In this document: piece by piece, positions 1 to 4,984 of the stretch | Layout: every line of letters begins with the position of its first letter | Position numbering within the stretch: position 1 is the first letter of the stretch | Source of the DNA: a virus | Reading direction: 5' to 3' (one strand) | Virus record (IMG/VR): IMGVR_UViG_3300045988_083067 | Length of the DNA: 6,253 nucleotides | The notes under the pieces: model-generated | What the model was told of the DNA's origin: nothing | The model's database searches: none | Seen by the model: the letters and a program-made list of their open reading frames with translations, nothing else | Made by a program: the position numbers and the translations under genes

Positions 1-55
1 CGGTAGTCACTATCACCAGACTGACTGATTTCTTTCCAACGTTGAAGAGCTTCAG
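1..55. repeat. Terminal direct repeat, copy 1 (assembly overlap of a circular contig)
   Basis: cggtagtcactatcaccagactgactgatttctttccaacgttgaagagcttcag at 1-55 is identical base for base to 6199-6253. It lies inside the VP1 reading frame, so it is a permutation artefact and not a biological repeat. Confidence 0.95.
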
Positions 56-1130
56 CTTGACGAAGAGCAAGAACGGTGAATTGAGATTTAATAGATGATA
101 AATCAAAATGAATCTTAGAACCTATAGATACAGGATTAGAAGGAGAAGCGTCAAGTGCAAAAAGGGGAACTGGAGCAGCATTAGAAGTGATAGCAGAGGC
201 AACACCGAGAGAGCTCTTGTGAGGGTCAATTCCCAAAACAACATTAGAATCTCCAAGAGAAGAAATATCCAAAACAGCAACATCTCCAAACTGAGAATTC
301 GGAAGAACACCCATCAACATATCCTTATTCCAATTACAATATTTAAGGTCAAACATTGTATCGGATTTCCAATAATTAGAAGAAGAAGTAGGAAGATCAT
401 CAACCAAAGAAGGAGTAAGACCAGAAAAGTAATCAACATTATAAGAAGAAGGATTAGATTTTTCCCACTGAGACCAACGGAAAAAATCCTGATAAATCTT
501 TTGATAAGCAAGAATAGGGAAAAGATTTATATAATTATTTTGTATATATTGCTGAGTATATCTAGAAGAAACTCCATTTACCAAAGAAGTAGACCACCAA
601 CGATTATTAGAAGAAGGAGCAGAACGCAAAAAATTACCATATCCAAGATATGATAAAAGCTTGAAGCTCAAATCAGCACGGCTAAAACCAAACATATTCT
701 TTAAAGAGTCAGTATCGCTAGGAGACCAACTACCACCATTTAAACAATACAGAGAGGTACCCAAAAGAGAAAGTTGAAGTGAAGGCAAATAAGTACCAAG
801 AGACAAACTTTGAGTCAAAGACAAAGCTTGAATTTGATTGATATCCTGCATTTGTACCAACACGGAAGGAGCGGACTTCCAGAGAAGACGCAATGGTACA
901 GCATAAAAATCAAAATACTCACGTAACCGGGTATAAGCAGAAGTTTCAACGGGCTGAGTTCGGGTAAAATACTCAACGTTAAACCGATACTTATCTCCAG
1001 GCATAGAGATGTCCCAATAGACGGGAAGAAGCTCACCAATTTTCGCAGTAAATGCATTTTTACGTCCAATATCAAATCCAGAACGATGAGGATGATTCTG
1101 AAGATTAGACATTCCGGTGTAAGAAGCCAT
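1..1130 (-). CDS. VP1: Major capsid protein VP1 (phiX174 F / gokushovirus VP1 family), N-terminal 376 codons; continues across the circular junction into 6198..5481
   Basis: The minus-strand ATG is at 1130-1128. I translated this frame by hand down to position 3 with no stop: MASYTGMSNLQNHPHRSGFDIGRKNAFTAKIGELLPVYWDISMPGDKYRFNVEYFTRTQPVETSAYTRLREYFDFYAVPLRLLWK ... FTVLALRQAEALQRWKEISQSGDSDY. The LRxAxALQ.W.E block (30-65), followed across the junction by Y.E.I..HFGV, is the signature region of Microviridae major capsid proteins. The ORF is absent from the track only because it meets no stop before the window edge. Third codon positions are T-rich, as in the other genes. Confidence 0.9.
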   Translation of the reverse strand, partial: MASYTGMSNLQNHPHRSGFDIGRKNAFTAKIGELLPVYWDISMPGDKYRFNVEYFTRTQPVETSAYTRLREYFDFYAVPLRLLWKSAPSVLVQMQDINQIQALSLTQSLSLGTYLPSLQLSLLGTSLYCLNGGSWSPSDTDSLKNMFGFSRADLSFKLLSYLGYGNFLRSAPSSNNRWWSTSLVNGVSSRYTQQYIQNNYINLFPILAYQKIYQDFFRWSQWEKSNPSSYNVDYFSGLTPSLVDDLPTSSSNYWKSDTMFDLKYCNWNKDMLMGVLPNSQFGDVAVLDISSLGDSNVVLGIDPHKSSLGVASAITSNAAPVPLFALDASPSNPVSIGSKIHFDLSSIKSQFTVLALRQAEALQRWKEISQSGDSDY

Positions 1131-1147
1131 AATAAAAATTTAAAAAA

Positions 1148-2866
1148 TTAAACAACATCAGGCTCAGCCTGATAAAAGAAAATACCAGACAAGTCGTTGA
1201 GCCTCTTATGTTTGACCTTACCTCGACATTTCATCAATGCCACAGCAGCCAAACGACGAACAAGAGGTAGTTCATGATAAGGTTTTTCCTTATTATCAGG
1301 AGGCCTGTTATAACGAAAAGAATAGTTACGAAGTTCAAAGTCAACCAAATCCTTATCATTAGAGTCCTCCAAGGTTTGATAAAAATCCACAAGACGATTG
1401 TAATCGTAACGATTCCAAAAAGTAACTATTTTTTCAGAAATTATTCGTAAGAACCTGTCTCGACCAAGGAGTTCTCCTCCCGGAGTGCCGCTGGACCAGA
1501 AGAGTTCTGAACATCCGTCCGTTGAATAAGTTCGAGCAAATTTGGAAATTCCGAGAAAAAATCGATATACACGGGAGAGACGATGAGTAGCTTCCAAATC
1601 AACACCATCGTACAAACGACATTCAGTAAGAATGAGAACATCACTATACGGTAAATTCGCCTGAGGAGAGAGGATATTCCTACATTCATTTGATTTTCCA
1701 TAATTATCTATATAATTTAAATACTGTTTACAAAAAGACAAGATATTTTGTTTAAAAGGAGCATTTACGTTAAATGGGTCACAAGTTATATCTGCACATC
1801 CGCTACGAATGACTCGTGAGGGCGCAGTGAACGCAGAAAATAATAATTGGTAAACACTCGATGGAAGTTTACGAATAGGGTCCGAAAATCGGGGGAATAA
1901 TCGAAGGAGATACGGCCAAGTAGGCTTAATTGTGCGAAAACGTCCATTGCGCTCAACGCAGACACCATCAAGGCACTTATTGGTAACTTCGTCAATTTCG
2001 GCAATTCGTACCTTTTCAGGAAAGAGATTTGATTCTGTAAATCCAATGGAATGGAAGGATTTAGGTCGCACCACTTTTGGCATTTGAGTATAAAAGTTGG
2101 GTAAAGCGACAAAACTATTAACATACGACGCAACATACGGTGCTGCGAATCCTCGCGAGAGTGACGCATCACAACGTCCGTAAGACCAAGCCTTAGATAC
2201 ATTTTCACAAACAGTTTGCGAGAATCGTTCGGAATTGGAAAACAATAGCAAATGCCAATGCGGGCGGAAACTGGTAGGGCCGTATTCTGATACAGCGTAG
2301 TAACGTAATTTTTCATCCGGGTAATAACTTCTTAAACGTTTTAAAAACAAATCCAAGTCACGATTACAAACATAAGGAATCCTATTTGGAACATTATGAT
2401 TAATCTTTCCAAGGATAGATAAAAGCTCCTTAGGCTTCATAGGATAATAAAACTTGATTTCGGGGTCTTTAAAAGTACGCTCAACAGTAGAATTTTTCAA
2501 CTTAATAGAAGCGGAACGAGGAACGCTACGAAAACCAAACAGATAAGTGTTAGTGTCACTATCGTCCAACTCATCAATATTGGGAACGCAGGACACATCC
2601 GCGATATCATCCGTACAAGTTTCAATAACCGAAACCTCCAAAGTAGGAAGAAAGCAAGGAGCATAAGTAAGAGTAACAAAATAAATATAATGGAATTGAG
2701 CAGAATAAGTGGTAAGAAGGTTCGTCTGAACAGCAGAACGACGAAGAACACATGAAGGACAACAACCACAAGAAACAACAACGGATTCATGCGTATACTT
2801 ATTGACAACCGTACGAGGGTTCTGACAACGAGTTACCAACTTATTCTGTAATTCCTTAGTTATCAT
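1148..2866 (-). CDS. VP4: Replication initiation protein VP4 (phiX174 gene A-like HUH rolling-circle endonuclease), 572 aa
   Basis: RCR motif 1 is FVTLTY (aa 63-68, nt 2663-2680). Motif 2 is the HUH element RPHWHLLLF (HWH at nt 2252-2260). Motif 3 carries two tyrosines, YVASY (Y244/Y248, nt 2123-2137), matching the YxxxY of phiX174 protein A. There is an N-terminal Cys cluster, SCGCCPSC, as in microviral Reps. All motif coordinates were checked by back-translation. There is no Walker A motif. Confidence 0.9.
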   Translation of the reverse strand: MITKELQNKLVTRCQNPRTVVNKYTHESVVVSCGCCPSCVLRRSAVQTNLLTTYSAQFHYIYFVTLTYAPCFLPTLEVSVIETCTDDIADVSCVPNIDELDDSDTNTYLFGFRSVPRSASIKLKNSTVERTFKDPEIKFYYPMKPKELLSILGKINHNVPNRIPYVCNRDLDLFLKRLRSYYPDEKLRYYAVSEYGPTSFRPHWHLLLFSNSERFSQTVCENVSKAWSYGRCDASLSRGFAAPYVASYVNSFVALPNFYTQMPKVVRPKSFHSIGFTESNLFPEKVRIAEIDEVTNKCLDGVCVERNGRFRTIKPTWPYLLRLFPRFSDPIRKLPSSVYQLLFSAFTAPSRVIRSGCADITCDPFNVNAPFKQNILSFCKQYLNYIDNYGKSNECRNILSPQANLPYSDVLILTECRLYDGVDLEATHRLSRVYRFFLGISKFARTYSTDGCSELFWSSGTPGGELLGRDRFLRIISEKIVTFWNRYDYNRLVDFYQTLEDSNDKDLVDFELRNYSFRYNRPPDNKEKPYHELPLVRRLAAVALMKCRGKVKHKRLNDLSGIFFYQAEPDVV

Positions 2867-3171
2867 TTTCTATCAGTAAAATTAAGTTCCATATGACGAG
2901 GCTTACGATAACGAGCAAAAGAAATATGAATAAAAGTTCGATATTTTATAAGCTGGTCATAGGGAAAAGAAGAATTCTTAATTAATAAAATAAAAGCGTC
3001 AACAGAAAGGTCGACAGGTTTTAAATCAATAGCATCACCAGTTAAATGCTGAGAGGTCTTAGCGCCATTACACGCACTATTTTGTTCTTCAGTACGAAAA
3101 GCGGAAGTAACAGTAAAATGAATATTCCGATGTAGAAGCCACTCAACAAATTTCATTAACTCAGGATTCAT
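2863..3171 (-). CDS. Peptidase_M15-like (LAS-type zinc D,D- or L,D-peptidase) cell-wall hydrolase, 102 aa; candidate endolysin
   Basis: VTSAFRTEEQNSACNGAKTSQHLTGDAIDL matches the remembered Peptidase_M15_3 core S-G-Y-R-x3-H/Q-N-x3-G-G-A-x-x-S-x-H-x2-G-x-A-x-D. The H-x6-D zinc ligands are H42 and D49 (nt 3025-3048, verified). The third ligand is in TFIHIS (H82), corresponding to the family's fvHvD. No signal peptide is visible. Its TGA stop overlaps the VP4 ATG (ATGA at 2866-2863). Confidence 0.72.
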   Translation of the reverse strand: MNPELMKFVEWLLHRNIHFTVTSAFRTEEQNSACNGAKTSQHLTGDAIDLKPVDLSVDAFILLIKNSSFPYDQLIKYRTFIHISFARYRKPRHMELNFTDRK

Positions 3172-3174
3172 GAC

Positions 3175-3264
3175 TTACGAAAATATTTGAGCAATAGACG
3201 TAAGAAGACTGACAGCAGCTGCAATAACTGCAGCCCAAATTTTAGATTTAGTTTCACTTTTCAT
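3175..3264 (-). CDS. Small single-pass membrane peptide, 29 aa (MKSETKSKIWAAVIAAAVSLLTSIAQIFS); C-terminal part of the 62-aa track ORF 3175..3363
   Basis: An internal ATG lies at 3264-3262. The peptide has a charged N-terminus followed by about 20 hydrophobic residues. Third positions are T-rich like the real genes. It ends 3 nt before the peptidase ATG. The longer start at 3363 is possible, but that N-terminal half lies in the +1 frame of the better-supported ORF 3254..3427. A peptide this short cannot be proven from sequence alone. Confidence 0.35.
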   Translation of the reverse strand: MKSETKSKIWAAVIAAAVSLLTSIAQIFS

Positions 3265-3427
3265 CAGAAATTGCTTTAAAAGTTGAACATTGAGAAATAA
3301 GAAGAAGACAATCAGGACGAAGATTTGAAGCGACGAACTCAGAAATTTCATCAACGAGCACAAGAACAGTTTCGCTCTGATTAGGATTAAACTTTGATTG
3401 GATAGAACACAAGTAATACTTTTCCAT
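3254..3427 (-). CDS. Hypothetical protein, 57 aa (MEKYYLCSIQSKFNPNQSETVLVLVDEISEFVASNLRPDCLLLISQCSTFKAISDEK); not in the ORF track (below its length cutoff)
   Basis: The ATG at 3427-3425 is the first start after the non-coding region and promoter candidate. It has an AT-rich leader like the one before VP1. Third positions are strongly T-rich (about 30 of 57 by hand count), matching VP1/VP2/VP4 usage. The stop is TGA at 3256-3254. I recognise no homology. Confidence 0.45.
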   Translation of the reverse strand: MEKYYLCSIQSKFNPNQSETVLVLVDEISEFVASNLRPDCLLLISQCSTFKAISDEK

Positions 3428-3469
3428 AACTTAAAATTTTAAATTAGACATTGTTTTTTAAAGACAGTA

Positions 3470-3502
3470 CAAAGATATAGATAAAGATTTGAAAAAAACA
3501 AA
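3470..3502 (-). promoter_or_regulatory. Candidate Bacteroidetes-type promoter (-33 TTTG, 21-nt spacer, -7 TATCTTTG) driving the minus-strand gene train
   Basis: In minus sense the sequence reads TTTG (3502-3499), then 21 nt, then TATCTTTG (3477-3470), which matches the Bacteroides consensus TTTG / TAnnTTTG. It lies in the ~19% GC segment, about 43 nt upstream of the ATG at 3427. It is the only non-coding place in the genome where a promoter could sit. Confidence 0.45.
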
Positions 3503-3540
3503 TACTCATACAAACTATTAACATAAATAAACAATAAGCT

Positions 3541-3839
3541 ATGCGGGTGGCAGGCTGGTCTGTGAGTTTGCGCTATAAAGACAAGGGGAGACTGAAAGCT
3601 ATGAGGTAAATAGCTTTCCCTACGGGCAAACTCATGTAGGTTTCACCAATTTATATTTTAAGGAATATAGCAGCGACGAGAGAAAGAAGCTCTCCGGGAG
3701 ATTGCTTACGCGTTGCGAGCGTCAAGCTTAAAGGATGGCAGTACTATAGCCTTACGGCTCTGATTTCAGTCCTAACGTCCCGAAATTCAGTAGGTGTATA
3801 ACCACGCTACGCGCGGTTGCCGAAATTACTCCAAGCAGT
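3541..3839 (-). other. Hairpin-dense non-coding element (candidate complementary-strand ssDNA origin or structured RNA)
   Basis: No ORF longer than about 22 codons exists in any frame. GC is about 47% by hand count. Verified helices, in plus coordinates: 3563-3571/3626-3634 (9 bp) enclosing 3594-3601/3611-3618 (8 bp); 3687-3694/3698-3707; 3704-3711/3719-3727; 3748-3751/3756-3759; 3760-3767/3782-3790; 3800-3807/3811-3818. The fold is better in minus sense, where 3804/3814 is a G.U pair and one loop is GUAA. Confidence 0.5.
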
Positions 3840-3870
3840 AAAACCCGGCACGTATCACTACGAACCGGGT
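3840..3870 (-). terminator. Candidate intrinsic terminator 25 nt downstream of VP2
   Basis: In minus sense: ACCCGG-TT-CGTA-GTGA-TACG-TG-CCGGGT followed by TTT. That is a 6-bp GC-rich stem, a small internal loop, a 4-bp stem and a GNRA (GUGA) tetraloop, giving a 4-U run when the closing T is counted. The U tract is short, so efficiency is uncertain. Confidence 0.4.
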
Positions 3871-3895
3871 AAGAAAACGTAAAGAAGCAAGGGAA

Positions 3896-4984
3896 TTAAC
3901 GACGAGTACTGATAACCTTATGAGGCAAGAAATTGCCTATAGTATTACCAATGCTAGTACCATAATCTACCCATTTGTCAGAATCAAAATATTGGTACTT
4001 CTTCTTTTCATTTCTAGAACGGTACCAAGATTCAATATTCCTACTTCGAGCATTATCCTTGGAAAGACCAAGTCTGAATTCTTCATTATGATAAGCCGCG
4101 GAAGACTGATTAGCTGCAATATTGGCAGCAATTTGAGACTCAGCAATACCAGAAGCAACCTTATTAGAAATATTTTGACCACGAGTACGAGCAGCTGCCA
4201 AAGCTTCTTCAGCTATAGCCTTTTTAGCTTCAGCATAAGAAACGTAACCAGAAGCCATACGCTGATAATAATCTGCAGCCTTAACACTCAAGTCAAGTTG
4301 TTGTTGTTGGTCAAGATACTTATTCAAAATACCTTTAGCCTCATTATCAAGAAGCATGCCAGAACGCTGAGCACGCATGATAAGACCTGTCATCGCCAAG
4401 TTATCAGCCTCTTGTTGCTCCTTAGCATAACCAAGCTGAGCACGAGCCAATCCGGTAGATTTCAAATAATTACGAGTTTCATCAGTAAGCTTTCCCCAAT
4501 CAATATTAGAAAGAGTCTCCATTGCCTTGGCATCAGCAAGCTGTCTAGCACCTTGCAATTGAGATTTCTCAGATTGCATCAACTCGTATTGAAAAATATT
4601 ACCAATGGAAGAACCTATGCCAGAATAATCAGCCTGAAAAGGTTGCATAACGGCAGAACCAGCAGAAAAAGCAGAATCGCCAGCACCGGCAGACTGAGCA
4701 ACACCGGCAGAACCTCCATTCATCATTAAATAAGGATTTAAACCAGCCTCTTCGAGACGTTGACGTTGGGCAGAAGCAGTGTTATAAGCATTTTCCTTAT
4801 TCCACATATTTTCCTGCCAATTACGCTGCTGTATCGCCATACGTTCGTTAAACTGATTATTCATCTGATTAATTTTGTAGTTCATCCGGTTAGTCTCCTG
4901 GACATTTTGTCTATTCTGCGAATTTTGAATTACAGAAGAACCAAAGTCAAGAAGACCACCAGCGATTGAACCAAGAAGACCCAT
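3896..4984 (-). CDS. VP2: Minor capsid / DNA pilot protein VP2 (phiX174 H analogue), 362 aa
   Basis: There is a Gly-rich N-terminus (MGLLGSIAGGLLDFG) and a Q/N-rich segment. The block YNTASAQRQRLEEAGLNPYLMM (nt 4721-4786, verified) resembles the NTA.QR...AGLNP.L block of gokushovirus/alpavirus VP2. A long Ala/Gln/Glu-rich, probably helical, middle region is followed by a basic C-terminus. The start overlaps the upstream stop (TAATG at 4986-4982). Confidence 0.8.
   Translation of the reverse strand: MGLLGSIAGGLLDFGSSVIQNSQNRQNVQETNRMNYKINQMNNQFNERMAIQQRNWQENMWNKENAYNTASAQRQRLEEAGLNPYLMMNGGSAGVAQSAGAGDSAFSAGSAVMQPFQADYSGIGSSIGNIFQYELMQSEKSQLQGARQLADAKAMETLSNIDWGKLTDETRNYLKSTGLARAQLGYAKEQQEADNLAMTGLIMRAQRSGMLLDNEAKGILNKYLDQQQQLDLSVKAADYYQRMASGYVSYAEAKKAIAEEALAAARTRGQNISNKVASGIAESQIAANIAANQSSAAYHNEEFRLGLSKDNARSRNIESWYRSRNEKKKYQYFDSDKWVDYGTSIGNTIGNFLPHKVISTRR

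Noticed and set aside
108-653. 181-aa plus-strand ORF (R/I/K/S-rich)
   Set aside because: It is codon-aligned antisense to VP1 (both have codon low coordinate 0 mod 3). Plus-strand stops would require TTA, CTA or TCA codons in VP1, which its T-ending codon usage largely avoids. The product is low-complexity and overlaps a gene with a clear capsid signature.
122-1075. Nested minus-strand ORFs 122..310, 314..511 and 815..1075 (and likewise 3967..4182 and 5945..6133), which are hydrophobic and look like membrane proteins
   Set aside because: All are in the +1 frame of VP1 or VP2. Their hydrophobicity is the predictable result of reading T-rich third positions as second positions.
1786-2316. 176-aa ORF nested in VP4 on the same strand; considered as a phiX174-style overprinted gene (like B or K inside A)
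   Set aside because: It lies in the +1 frame of VP4, as do 1441..1701 and 2497..2808 and the nested ORFs in VP1 and VP2. In that frame a stop needs A or G at the host gene's third position, which is mostly T, so long open +1 frames are expected. The product is L/F/R/S-rich with no motif. It is about twice as long as the other shadows, so a synonymous-constraint test on aligned VP4 homologues would be the decisive check.
3254-3267. Possible programmed +1 frameshift or hammerhead core at CTGATGAAAAGTGA (a CUGAUGA string; the end of the 57-codon ORF overlaps the start of the TM ORF)
   Set aside because: There is no slippery heptamer that allows tRNA re-pairing at GAA-AAG-TGA. There is no stem II hairpin between CUGAUGA and the following GAAAC, so no hammerhead. 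A simple 11-nt overlap with reinitiation at ATG 3264 is sufficient.
3265-3363. N-terminal half of the 62-aa track ORF, giving an apparent second transmembrane segment
   Set aside because: It is in the +1 frame of the better-supported 57-codon ORF 3254..3427. Its third positions are mixed C/G rather than T-rich, and its hydrophobicity is explained by the frame artefact. It is kept only as an alternative start for the small TM peptide.
3517-3526. dif-like XerD-arm half-site (TTATGTTAAT in minus sense, compared with TTATGTTAAAT of E. coli dif); considered as an attP for XerCD-mediated lysogeny, as has been proposed for Bacteroidetes microvirus proviruses
   Set aside because: Only one arm matches. 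The expected inverted CATAA partner 6 nt away is absent (the sequence there is CTTATT-GTTTAT). The match sits in 19% GC sequence, where such AT-rich 10-mers arise easily. It would be worth revisiting only if a host dif sequence or a provirus junction is available.
3510-3535. Resemblance of caaactattaacataaataaac to the AT-rich phiX174 origin core (CAACTTGATATTAATAAC)
   Set aside because: The similarity is loose and gapped, consists of low-complexity AT sequence, and is on the strand opposite to the presumed virion/sense strand, where a Rep nick site would be expected.
3541-3609. 22-codon plus-strand ORF (MRVAGWSVSLRYKDKGRLKAMR) and a 20-codon minus-strand ORF (ATG at about 3635) inside the structured region
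   Set aside because: They are too short, have no T3 codon signature and no plausible leader, and their sequences coincide with the helix arms.
3843-3870. GGTTCG string suggesting a tRNA T-arm, considered as a tRNA-like element
   Set aside because: The complementary stem half is 16 nt away rather than flanking a 7-nt loop, and no acceptor, D or anticodon arms can be drawn. A terminator-like hairpin with a GUGA loop is the better interpretation. I found no tRNA, rRNA or CRISPR array anywhere in the window.
3920-4729. 269-aa plus-strand ORF, the longest plus-strand ORF in the window
   Set aside because: It is exactly codon-aligned antisense to VP2 (both 2 mod 3), the same shadow-ORF mechanism as above. 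The product is Ser/Ile/Leu/Arg-rich low complexity. The smaller plus-strand ORFs 4760..4969 (antisense to VP2) and 5197..5472 (antisense to the 160-aa gene, both 1 mod 3) are rejected for the same reason.
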